The notes below the pieces were generated by a model. The model had not been told where the DNA came from, made no database searches, and was given only the letters and a program-made list of their open reading frames with translations. The translations under genes and the position numbers were made by a program. A stretch of 62,817 bases of DNA, counting the filler, from Collodictyon triciliatum (taxonomy: Eukaryota): assembly GCA_043381765.1 (NCBI GenBank). It is 9 parts of 9 records of this genome, joined end to end, with 100 filler letters (N's around TTAATTAATTAA, not from the genome) between each part and the next. Parts side by side here need not be neighbours in the genome. Positions count along the whole stretch, not along the records: positions 30,803 to 38,394 come from JBHJMP010003828.1; positions 38,495 to 46,083 come from JBHJMP010003829.1; 7 more parts are not named here. The stretch is one strand, 5' to 3'. Below, piece by piece: positions 31,832 through 44,400 of the stretch (position 1 is the stretch's first letter; every line of letters starts with the position of its first letter).

Positions 31832-33740
31832 ATGTCCGACTATCTCACACCTGCCCAAGTGAATGCACTTTTGGAAGAAGTCCGGAAACTGTCTTACTCT
31901 CCAATTGCTGATATTGCCACTTTAAAACGATCCACAGAACTGAATCTCTGGAACAAGAATCTGTCATCTGTGCCGCCTGGTGTTTTTTTGTTGACTGGTC
32001 TGAAAGATTTGCGTCTTAATAACAATCTGCTGTCATCACTACCTGCACAGATATCGTGTTTGACTGGTCTTATAAAACTTTATGTTAATGGCAATCAGTT
32101 GTCATCACTACCTGCACAAATATCGTGTTTGACTGGTCTCAGTGTTCTTAATGTTAGTTACAATAAGCTATCATCACTACCTGCACAAATCTCGTGTTTG
32201 ACTGGTCTCACATTACTTTCTGTTCGTGATAATCCAGTATGATTTTATTCATATATTATATTATTATTTATGTTGAAAAGAAAAAATGACTGACAACGAT
32301 CCACACAGATGGAGGAGCTTCCAACACAGATCACAGCACTCACAAATCTGAAAGAACTCTGGATAAACGCTGGAGGGACACAAACCATAAAGAGAGCCCC
32401 TCGTGGCATCTCAAATCTCCCCTGCTGGAACAACACAGCATACAAAGACTACCAACACATCCGCGCTCTGCAGCTCTACGACCCCGTAAGCACACATCCA
32501 CCCCCAACCCCCACATACACAACACAGGACACAACTAACATAACTCTAGGTCGACGCCACCGCAGAAGCCATAAAAGCTTACAGACTTACCTGACACAAA
32601 CCTCCACTTACACAGGTTGCAGCCAGTCCCAACATCCAGTCGGGCATCTACGCAGCCCCAACCGGCCGCCTAGCCCGCGGCAACTACGCAGATCTCCTGA
32701 CAATGGACTTTGAGAAACGGGAGAACTTCCTGGGCAAGGGCGGCTTCGGGCTGGTCTTCAAGGTGCAGCTGAAGGCAGGCCTCTTCGCCGTGAAGCTTGT
32801 TGCGAACGCACAGATGCACGCCCTTGCCGACGGATCCGACCCGGAGAAGGAGGGCAACATGATGCTCGAGCTGCAGCACCCAAACATCCTGACGCTCTAC
32901 GACTTTGGCTTCCGCGGCAGAGACCTCCTCCTCGTGATGGAGTTTGCGGACGGCGGAGAGCTCTGCTCACTGGTCAAGAAGCAAGGGGCACTCAGCCTCG
33001 ACCTGACCCTCAAGTACGGGCTGCACATCATCCAGGGCCTCGTCTACCTGCACACGCGGCCAAGGCCCATCCAGCACCGCGACCTCAAGACCGAGAACGT
33101 CCTGCTTGTGAACGGCGTCGCCAAGCTGACGGACTTCGGCCTTGCAAAGAGCGGCGTCTCGGTCAACTCGGTCAGCAAGTTCGGCGGCTCCAAGAACTGG
33201 TCTCCGCCCGAGGCCTTCGACATCGGCAAGAGCATGGGGCTGCCCAGCGACGTCTACTCGTACGGCGTGGTGCTCTGGTCCATGGCGAGCGGTGAGTATC
33301 CGTACGAGGGTATGACGGACGGCCAGGTTGGCGCCTGTGTGACCAACGGTAAAACTCTCTCCATCCCCACAACCTGTCCTCCTAACCTCGCAGATCTGAT
33401 CCGCAAGTGCTGGGAGAGAAACTATGAGACTCGCATCAATACCCAGCAGGTCGAGGCCGAGCTCAAGGGCATCATGTCGAACCCCGCTGCTGTCCCGGCC
33501 ACTCCGAGGATGGGCTCCGTCAGCACCCCCATCGAAGACATGAACAACGCCATGCTCCTGGCCTACCTGGCTAGTAAGAATGCCAGTGAAGGTGTAATTG
33601 AGGCCTTTAGAAAGGTCAGAACTACTGGTGCAGAGATTGTTCTCATGGAGAAGGAAGACCTCTTGGCCAAACCGTTTGAGCTCCCACCTTTCCAGGCGCG
33701 CTTCGTTTTGAAACTCATCGAGGAGGCCAAGCGCACCTAA
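31832..33740 (+). CDS. LRR + TKL-like protein kinase + C-terminal SAM-like domain; exons 31832-32236, 32309-32485, 32616-33740 (568 aa)
   Basis: 23-aa LRRs (LTGLxxLxVxxNxLSSLPAQISC); kinase motifs GKGGFG, AVK, HRDLKTEN, DFG, WSPPE, SDVYSYG; helical SAM-like tail. Two phase-0 GT-AG introns join all parts in frame. No signal peptide or TM seen. Confidence 0.9.
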
Positions 33741-34641
33741 TCACCGCCCCACTCCCCCTTCCATTTCATGGGTTCTGTAGCATTCGCTTGACCCTTTGTT
33801 GATCCCCATCCCCACACATCCCTATCGCACCCTCAACTGAATAAAGGAAAAACAAAATATTCTCTGCTCCGCCCCTTCCTCGTCTCGCGAAAAGAAAAAA
33901 GTAGCCGTTTGCTGGTTTTGTTGTTTGGTTGCGTCGCAGGAAAAAAAGCTGATTCTCCCGCGAGCCTGTGGTGCATGTAACTGAAATCCGTTTTCACGGA
34001 ATAGGAAGTCGTTATGTTGGCGTCAATTATACAAAAGTGGATAATTAATTAATAAGATCATATTTAATTATGATAGATATTTATATCAATATTGTTACTA
34101 TATTTTAATTAAGATATCAATAAATACTAACTTTATGATGATTTTACTTATGGTGCACCATCACTGAATGTTTCAATTACAAATGCGACACAGAAGCACC
34201 TTTGCACAGACCCGAAAATGCTGCAGTTCAATTGAAAAAAAAGTCGGCTTCTCTTGTGCGCTAGGAAAATAGTATAGATAGCAAGCGACTTACATAAAAT
34301 CACTATAATTGCCAAGTTGACAGATTGCCTATATTGGCCTTAATCTGGTGTATTTTTTGGGTAATTTTCTTTGAATGGTTCGAAAATTGTGACAGAAATC
34401 CCCATCCGAATTTGGAATTGACCACATGAACTTTTCGTCCAATTTGTTTATATTCACTGAATTGAAAGTTTTGTCGATTTACTTCTTTTGTCATAGTTCA
34501 TAGAATTTCAAATTCAATGAATATATCCAAAATATTCATTAATTCATTTCTGGAATATAAATATTTATGATTAAATATCATTACATGTATGATTAATTCA
34601 AATGTGTGATAAAATATGAGTATAGATGATATTACAGAACA

Positions 34642-34887
34642 AGATGTGTGGGAATGTGTCGTAAGACATCTCCCAAAGCATATCCAACCCCTGCTACCCA
34701 CACAACCAATCAACCAGTTGGGTCGCCCTCCTGACCAACTCGTTATCACTGATTTATTTCCAGTGCTAGCTTATTCACGGTAGTGTCTTCTCCTACTCGC
34801 GTTTGCTCTCTCCCATGCGCTCCCATCCCACCCCCTTGTATGGCATAACCTCGCTACACTTTGAACCGAATAAAGGAAAAAAAAAAA
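34642..34887 (+). mobile_element. 5'-truncated LINE 3' end (ORF C-terminus, 3' UTR, AATAAA, poly-A)
   Basis: Reads DVWECVVRHLPKHIQPLLPTQPINQLGRPPDQLVITDLFP..stop, followed by GAACCGAATAAAGG and an A-run. A closely similar reverse-complement copy lies at 37308-37544. Confidence 0.7.
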
Positions 34888-35079
34888 TCCTTGTTTTTCA
34901 ATCCATATTTTATCAAATCCGAACCCTGTATTAATACTTTAAAATAGATTTTGCTGAATAGCCCTTCATCACACTTCACAGTACTTTGATTAACAGTATT
35001 TTTCGTGCTTTTTTATTCCAGCGCTAATATGTTGGGGCAAATAAGGTTCCTAATACCCAGCCGTCTGGCTTATCAATGA

Positions 35080-37060
35080 CCGCGGTGAAAGCGAGAGTTT
35101 CTTCGATATTGCTTTGCACAACCCTTTTTGATGACGGACCATGAGATTGATTTATGGGCAGTAGTACGCATTATCGAAGAAATGCTGCACTTGTAAGTGG
35201 AACTGGTATATTTCATATATCAGAAGTATCCTTGGGATAAGTACAGTTTCACCTTTTGCATATCCTATCAGGATTTCTTGCCTTCGTAAATCAGCACTCT
35301 CACACTTTATATCACAATCAGATTTCGTTACAAAGCCCCAGGGACTCCAAAATGCACAGCAAGAATACTGAGAACCCTCCTTTTGATTGCGTTTAATGGG
35401 ATAGAAATCGAGGAGGGTCCAAATTATCCAAAAACGCCTCGAGAGATATCATAGAATGCTAATGGTCAATATCAGAATCAAGGGATTTATGAATAGTCAA
35501 ATTATTTGGTACTTTATCTCGTATCTTATATTGATGTAGAGAACCACCTGAATACCTAATTCAAGTATGATTTCTTTAGCCATCCAAACGTTATCAGTAC
35601 TTTTTATTTTATCTAATATTAGGATAAACTGTATTCATAGGAGTATCCATTGACATAGAAAGTGCAAATTCCTTAATGAAAAGGTAATAAACTTACTTGT
35701 ATGCTCTATTATCTTCACATCCTCAGTCCCAGCAAGTTGGTACGCAACATCTTTACTTGAGCAAAATAACAAAACGAAAAAAAAATTGTCACTATTTTTG
35801 TATTTTTCATTCAGGGTTTATGATATTCTACAAAATACCAATTATTCAGATACACATCTAATTCATTAGGTGCAATATCATTCGGTAATACAGCAAGAGT
35901 GTGTTTAAAGTCGCCAGAAAATAGAACCTTTACCATCCAATTATGACCAATTCCGTCGGACTGTAAAACAAAAAACAAACAAACAAACTAAAAACCCGCC
36001 CTTCCCTTGAATCGAATAAATGGGAAAAAAAACCTCCAATTACGACATTATTTTCTCCTATATCTTTTATAGTTATTGCTGACTTCTCCAACGACCTTTC
36101 TGTAAAATGTGGTAGATTCATTCCATATGATAATCTTGCATACTTCGAGCAAATGCCCTTTACCGGTATTCTATACATTGCACTTTTGGTTGAAAAAATA
36201 CGATAGAATCTTAATTAGAGTCAGCTTTCTGCCACCTTGTAGGACATTTATAGCTATACCTGATGATATCATTAGAATGACAATTTGTTCATCTGCTCTA
36301 ACTCTAGTGGTTAATTCATGAGACTTTTTTTTAAGGGCCATGAAAAGCACCCATAAGACAACAAATGGATTTACCTCTTTGTTTACCATATAATCCAAAA
36401 TTTACCCTTTGTGCGACTTTGTCCTTCATTGGAAAGGGGTTCATGCTCTTCAACGTAGTCCGACATGTTTTGTTAGGTTTAGCAATATATTCCCTCGTTG
36501 ATTTTTCTTTCAGTCTGCACGAGATATGGAGTTTTTGGCTCGATTCCCTGTACTTCACCCACATGAAGGCTTCTTGAATCTCGGAGGATAAGTAGTTGGT
36601 GGTAATGAGGAAATGCATCGTGCGGTTTGTCCTGTGGCCTTGGTCTTGTGGTTGCACGAGATGCAAGACAGGGTTTAACCTCACTCTCAGTCTGTCCACA
36701 AGTCTCTCGATCTGTACCGATTTGCAGGATTCAGTAAACACAAACCATAAAGCATGAAAGAAAATCCCGTTTATCCGTGGGTGGATTACATATATACACT
36801 TAGTTGCACACCTTCCTCATGATAATCGAGATTGAAGCACAAATAGGATGAAGATTGCCCAAAAAACGGTGGGCAGAGCATTTATATCGAAATATTATTC
36901 AAGAAAGGTAGGAGACTGGAAGGTAGATGCGCAGGTTCTATCGGATTCATGGTCTTCAACCAATTCTATCTCAAGAGAATTAGTATTTAGCATGAGATTG
37001 TCTGCGACAAAATTGAAGGATTTTACATGATAAAAACAACTGATGTAAGAGCGCTATACT
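35080..37060 (-). mobile_element. Fossil Helitron RepHel (PIF1-type helicase region) with many stops and frameshifts
   Basis: Collinear decayed motifs: ELVEDHE..ASTFQSP; VRADEQIVILMISSGIAINVLQGGRK (cf. ASSGIA..LLxGGRTAH); KIIIWNE (cf. LIIWDE); IGG.VLFSGDFKHTLAVLP (cf. GGDFRQxLPV); TVYPNI; FLDNLDPP; LGLCNE (cf. LCNGTRL); ILIGYAKGETVLIPRI; INQSHG (cf. INKSQGQ). Confidence 0.8.
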
Positions 37061-37307
37061 ACAATTAATTTGTGAAGCATATCAAAAAAGAACAAAATAT
37101 TTTGTTAGAGATGAACCACTTAATAATCACACTCAATGGATATGGTATCGCTTTCGTTGTTTCTTATTTAGAGGTCAGCTCGGAAATAAGCTTAAAAAAC
37201 ATGTCTATATCAGTGGAGAAAACCAGAAAAGAAAAAAAGAAAAAAAGAAAAAAAGAAAAAAAGAAAAAAAGAAAATAGAAAATAGAAAAAAGATAAAAGA
37301 TAAGAGA

Positions 37308-37597
37308 TTTTTTTCTTTATTCGATTCATAGCGCAACAAGGTTATGCCATACAAAGGGGCGGGATGGGAGCGCATGAGAGAGAGCAAACGCGAGTAGGAG
37401 AAGACTACCGTGGAGAGGGTGGCACTGGAAAGAAATCAGTGATAGCAAGTTGGTCAGGTGGGCGTCCCAAGTGGTTGATTGGTTGTGTAGGTAGCAGGGG
37501 TTGGATATGCTGTGTGAGATATCGCACGACACATGCCCATATCTCCCTTCGCTTGCGGTCAGAGTGGCTGGGACGTGCGGGCTTGCTTCCAGCTTTT
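37308..37597 (-). mobile_element. 5'-truncated LINE 3' end, same family as 34642-34887
   Basis: Minus strand reads RKRREIWACVVRYLTQHIQPLLPTQPINHLGRPPDQLAITDFFP..stop, then GAATCGAATAAAG and an A-run. Confidence 0.7.
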
Positions 37598-38394
37598 GAC
37601 TATCGGCGGGTCTATAATACCTATAGTATCGGGTCATCGACTCATTTTCTACAGTATGTAAGGATTAGGACTGGTGATTTCATATCGAAACAGCATGGAA
37701 TATGGAATAGTCATCGAGAAATGGCGGAGAGTCGAGTGTGTTTGACCATCTTCGGTGTAAAAAAAAAAGCAACTTAATACCTTCAGTCGTACAATAGAGA
37801 ATCTTAACTGGTCTGTCTGGTCGAACGGGATGAGCTCCTTGAAAAAATGCATTTATCCCGCCATTTGCTCAATACCAATTTGCTGGATTTCACGTCATAA
37901 TCGATGCGAGTGTGCAGTTGTGTTGGAAATCCTTTAGTAAGATATTTTAGTGTTCATGCGTGCGATACAATCCATTCGATTACACCCAAATTCATATTGA
38001 TAAAAAACCGACTGATAGAAAAAAATGGGGCATAGAAAATTTAGGATATATTCTTAATAAATAATCCAAAAAAATGAAATCGGTGTATAAAATGAAATTA
38101 ATCGATAGATATTTACCTGTGCGCCACCATGTCCAAGTGGTGTCCGTCCAAACAAAGGCTAGCGAACCAAGGGCAACACCGCCCATCCTGCACAAAGTAA
38201 AAGCAACAACATATATAATGATAATTAATTACTTATTGAAATTCAATAATTGCAAAAAATTATATATCATAACAATCACTACGAAATACCCGTTAAATTG
38301 GGAGGCATGCTGCTACCAACAGCACGAAAGGACAATGGCTGAATGAAAATACGCATTCACTTGTATGCATATATTTTAATGTCAGGTCGGAGCT

Positions 38395-38494
38395 NNNNNN
38401 NNNNNNNNNNNNNNNNNNNNNNNNNNNNNNNNNNNNNNTTAATTAATTAANNNNNNNNNNNNNNNNNNNNNNNNNNNNNNNNNNNNNNNNNNNN
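38395..38494. other. Artificial contig linker
   Basis: 44N-TTAATTAATTAA-44N. Confidence 0.97.
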
Positions 38495-41400
38495 CCAAGC
38501 AAAGTGGACTGGAGCCGATTCCTGTCGCCAAGTTGACCGAGGGCGAAATTAAGGATGGTGTCGAATCCTTCCTCATTCGCTATGACAAGACCCTGAACGA
38601 AAAGCAAGCTGGAATGATTCTGGCTGACTTTGAAGATACTGGTGAGGCATTTTTAATAAGAGTATATATTTTGATAAAAATCTTATAAGAAATGATTTAG
38701 TTATTCTGATTTTTTTTATAGGCCATCCGCTCTATCTCCGCATCATTCTGGATGAAGTCAGGGTATTTGGTGTCTATGAGAAGCTTGATGAAATACTGAA
38801 AACTCTGCTTTCGACCAACGGTGTCATTGAGCTTTACACTCTCATTATCAAGCGCTGGCAACTGAAGTTTGACAGGAAAGGTGAGTATTGATTTGATATT
38901 TCAACAATAATGTAAAGAATCATAATTGCAATTTTTGTTGAATGATTCTATTTATCTACAGTGGCCTCAACTGATGGGAAAGAGACAATAAAGGTCGAGT
39001 ATGTCTCCCTCTCGATGAAGGTTCTCTTTGTCTCCCGCATCGGCCTGAGTGAAGGTGACTTGGATAATTACATGAAAGATGCGATTGGGACAGGATTCGA
39101 GCTTGCTGAATGGTTTGATTACTCTTAATAATAATAGAATTAATAGGTTTATCCTTTCTCATTTTTCTTTTTTATTTAACTTATCTTTCATTCATTCAAA
39201 CAGGAAATCCTTCTTCTTTACCCTCATCGAGTCGCTCTTCGTCCGCAATGGAAGGTTAGTGTTATTTTTCAATCGTTTTATTCGTTAATCGGTGTTTTCG
39301 GTATAATTTGATTTTGATATAAAGTCTTAATTATTGTCTATAATAGATACATGTACTTCCACCAGCTGCTGTTGGAGACCACCGAAAAAGTCTACTTCTC
39401 AGAAAAGAAAGAGATAGAAAAAACGCGCGAAAAATACGGAAGATGGCTGTTTGGCCAGTATTCTGAGTCTGCCGACGCAGATGAGGAGCTTGCTGCTGAA
39501 ATATGCTACCAGCTTCTGAAGGGCAGTTCGTTTGACTTGCTTGTGGAATACATGAAGCAAAAACATGTAATTTCTTTATAATTATTTCTTAATCGAGTAT
39601 TCTATACATAATGAAATGGTTTTCACTGATTAATTTAAATATTTCATAGGTTATCAGTATCATGCTCGGTGGTCGCTATCGCTACGAATTCTTTACATGC
39701 TGGAGAGCAATCAACGCAAGCGGAGCGGCAAACTACAAGGATGCTTATGGAAGCTTGGCTAAGGTAACTTTATTATTTAGTTTTATCTTTTTTGAAGGTG
39801 ACTACTTACACAATTTTAATATCAATCATGATTTATCTATTAATTATTATCGTTTTTTAGTCTTTGGATAAAGTGGGAGACCTGCTGGTTGGATTTTTCT
39901 TGGAGTCTTTTGAGAACTCGTTCTTGTTGTCTGTTCTGAATGTGCGTCTTGGAAAGCATCAGACGGAAGGTATGCAATTTATTATATTTTTGAAGAATTT
40001 ATGTCATGAATATGAGTTATATATGGATACGTTCAATAATTTATCAATTTACAGATGCGAAGGCTGCTGATTACCTGAATCTTGGTCGTGTCTACAAGAA
40101 CCTCCAAAAGTAAAAAAATAAAAAAAAAGCAATTATTATAAATAGGACATGAAATGGTGTTTATAATGCTAACTTTCTAAAATAAAATAAAAATAAACAG
40201 CTGGGCTGAGTCCATGGTCTACTACAAGAAATGCCTCGATTCAGCTGGGAAAAATGCAGATAATTTCCTGCGTATCGCCACCATTCATGAAGAGATGGGA
40301 ATCATCTACCAGCAACAGGATAAGTAAGGCTCGCTTTCAACTGTAAAATATTATGAATAATTTTTCAAAAAAGGAATTATTCTGATTTTCTTATGAAATA
40401 GAATTGATGAAGCTCTTGATGAATATAAGAAATCATTGGACTTGAGAGTCAAACAACTGGGCGAGAACGACTTGCAAGTGGCCCAATCACATGACCGCTT
40501 CGGAGACATCTACGCGAAGCAGTCAAAGTAATATTTGATCATTTATATTCGTTAATATTCTACTCTTTTCTGTAAATTTATTAATATTGATCAATTTTTT
40601 ATGATAGGAATGAGCAAGCTCTGGTTGAATACAAAAAGGCCATGGAAATTCGCCAGAAGAGAGTCGGAAACGAGCATCCTCTTGTCGCAACATCGTACCA
40701 GAACTATGGCCATGTCTCCCTGGCTGGGAAAAAGTAGCACATATTCATTCATTAAAGGCAGTTTTAAATACAGCTATGATAATTTTGAGAAAGATTAATA
40801 TGATTGAATCACCAAGGTATGAAGAGTCTATTGAAAACTTCGAGAAGGCGAAATCTATCCTTGAAAAATCGCTGGGAGCTAAGCATGCATCTGTTGCCTC
40901 GACAATCCAGTTTATTGCAAGCGTTCATCTTGCCAGTGGAAAGTTTGGATTTCTAAACTACAGATAATTTCATAAAACAATAATAATTTTCTATATCTTT
41001 CAATTTTAGCAAAAAGAATTTGGCATCATATCTTTCATTTGTATGGACTCTATTTGGGGTTAAAATATTATTATTTTAACTAATAAATATCAAATAACTA
41101 TCTTATATAGGAAAACTGAGGCCTTATCCTCATTAAAGCAATCGCTGGATATTTTTATGTCTACCCTGGGAGAAAATCATCCGAATGTTGTGGCTTGCTA
41201 TGAAATGATTGGAGACATCAGCCATGATTTGAAGGAGTATCTCTTTTTATTAATTATTATTACATATTTAATTGAAAAGAATAATTTATTTACCCTTATT
41301 CTCCTAGCTTTAAGGGTGCTTTGGAGGCCTATGCAAAGACGCTGGATATTCGCATGAGAACATTGGGCGAAAAGCATGCTGATTATGCTACTTCCCTGGA

Positions 41401-44400
41401 GAATGTTGGCAGAACAAACTTTGAGCTTCAAAGGTAAATTTCTCTGTTATATTAAAAATCGAATATTATGATTAGCAATCGCAAAATATACAAAAATATT
41501 CACTCATGTACATGATTCTAGTTCTGCTCAATGTGTTGATTGCTTCCAGAAGGCAGCTGCTATCAGAAAGGAGACAAATACAATCATGTCACTGAAAGAT
41601 GGCTCACAAATTGACAACATTATTCACTTCATGAAGGACAAGAAGGAGCATGAAACCGTCATTCAGCTTTACAAAACAGCTGCTGTTAGACATGGTGAAA
41701 AGTCCTCCTATGAAAACTGGGACTGCTGGGTGGCTTGTGAAAATTCGCACCAATACTGCAAAGAGAATAAGCTACATGAAAGTGGCGTGGCGTTCTGGGC
41801 TGAGATGAGAGACAGATTTGCTGATAAACTCGGATGGATTCATGAGAGAACAAGACTGGCAAATGTTTTTCTGTTGGATGTTAGCAAATATGTGGAGGAT
41901 TTCAACATCGATATGAAGGGCTTTAGCGTTTTGGATGTTGATAATGCTACTGTCCTTGAGAATGTTGGCCTAACAAACTTTGAGCTTAGAAGGTTAATCT
42001 CTCTATTATATTAGAAAAATCGAATATTTTTATTAATAGTTAAAAAATTTTTACACAAATATAACTAATGTGTACGCATTTAGATTGGACCAAGTCGTTG
42101 AATACTTCCAGAAGGCAGCTGCTATCAGAAAGGAGACACACACAATCATGTCACTGAAAGACACCCATCAGATTGAAAAGATTATCCACTTTATGAAAGA
42201 CAAGAAGGAGCATGAAGCTGTTATTCTGCTTTACAAAACGCTGATTCATTTATTCAACAAGCTTTATTCCATGCACTATTTTGGAATATGGAACAGCTGT
42301 GAGGAAATCAGTAAATTTTACAAGGAACTGAAGCAGCATAATGAAGCAGTGACATTTTGGACTGAGATGAGAGACATATTCGCTGATAAACTGGGATGGA
42401 TTCACCCCAGAACATTAAATTCTTGCGAATACTTGTCCGTTCATTCAAAAGAAACTGGAATCAACAAAGAGCATGTCGAGTTTACAAGAGTCAAGGAATT
42501 CATCAGTGAAACTCTTGATGATGCAAAACTAGATGAGGAATGGAATCGTGAGCAAATCATCGCATCATTATTCAGAATTGTCTACATGTCAAAGACTGAT
42601 GAAAGCAAATCAAAGGCTGCATCTGATGCAATCACACTTTTGAATTTCATGAATGTTTCTTTCGGTGGAATGGATTTATCAAACACCAAAATTCCGCATG
42701 CAAATCTCAGTAATTCAATCCTTGATGGTGCAAACCTCACTGGTGCCAACTTGGATGGTGTTGATTTCACGAATTCGATGCTTGGTGATTGTGTTTTTGA
42801 TGGCGCAAATATGAATAATGTGAAATTCGGAATTCCCTGTGATATATTAGATGGTCATACAAGTGCTGTCAATAGTGTTTGCAGTATTCAAGGACCGAAT
42901 GGTGAAAATTGGTTGGCTTCTGGGAGTTATGATGAAACAATACGTATTTGGGATGTAGCCACAGGAAACCAAATCAAAATGTTAAAAGGTCATACAGATG
43001 GTGTCTTGAGTGTTTGTAGTATTCAAGGACCGAATGGTGAAAATTGGTTGGCTTCTGGAAGTAAAGATAACACAATACGTATTTGGGATGTAGCCACAGG
43101 AAACCAAATCAAAACACTAAAAGAGCATACAGACTATGTCAACAGTGTTTGCAGTATTCAAGGACCGAATGGTGAAAATTGGTTGGCTTCTGGAAGTAAA
43201 GATAACACAATACGCATTTGGGATGTAGCCACAGGAAACCAAATCAAATTATTAGAAGGTCATATGCGGAGTGTCAACACCGTCTGTGCTATTCCAGGAC
43301 CAAATGGCGAAAAATGGCTGGTTTCAGGAAGTGATGATAAGACAATACGTATTTGGGATGTAGCCACAGGAAACCAAATCAAAACATTAGAAGGATATAC
43401 AGAATCTGTCAATAGTGTTTGCAGTATTCAAGGACCGAATGGTGAAAAGTGGCTGGCTTCTGGGAGTTATGATAAAACAATATGCATTTGGGATGTAGCC
43501 ACAGGAAACCAAATCATTACATTAGAAGGGCACACAGAACGTGTTACTAGCGTTTGCAGTATTCAAGGACCGAATGGTGAAAAGTGGTTGGCTTCTGGAA
43601 GTAATGACAGAACAATAGGTATTTGGGATGTAGCCACAGGAAACCAAATCAAAATAATAGAAAGTTATTGGGGTGCTGTCAATAGTGTTTGCAGTATTCA
43701 AGGACCGAATGGTGAAAATTGGTTGGCTTCTGGAGGTAATGATAATAGTCTATGTAGAATTCAAGGACCGACTGGTGAAGATTGGTTGGCTTCTGGAAGT
43801 CTTGATACAATACGTATTTGGGATGTAGCCTCAGGAAACCGAACACACAGTCTGCAAAAATCAGAAATGACTTACACACTAGGAAAATACCTTGTCAGGA
43901 AAGAAAAGCCAGACGAAGTCATCGCAGTGTTCAACAGAACAAGCGATGCGATGAACATGATTGACACCAACAGAATCCAAGATGCAAGGATAGTCCAGAT
44001 TATCGGCCCAAGAAAGCTGCAAGGTGGAAACATCCAAATCAGAAATGTCGCAGGATTGAGTCAATTCAATAAATCCCTCCTACTTTCTATCGGTGCTTTT
44101 TCTTTTGATGCGGACTTTGCTGCCTATTGTGAGCAGGGCAAGTTCACCAAGTTCCAGGCTCAAATGATGGCCGAGTGCTATGAGAACGGATGGGGTGTGG
44201 AGAAGGACACCGATAAAGCTTATTTTTGGAGATATGTTGCCTTTCCAAAGTTATCATTAGATTTTGATGGATTGAAACATGTAGCACAACAAGGCTCAAA
44301 GGATGCATTCAATATTTTGAAGGAAATGGGTGAAATGAAGAAAGATATCAAAAACGATCGGGGAAGAAAAATTGGTGAAAAACACAAATATCCACAAGCT

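Noticed and set aside
32550-32580. Possible micro-exon with a GC donor in the LRR-kinase
   Set aside because: A single canonical intron 32486-32615 already preserves the frame, so no extra exon is needed without RNA evidence.
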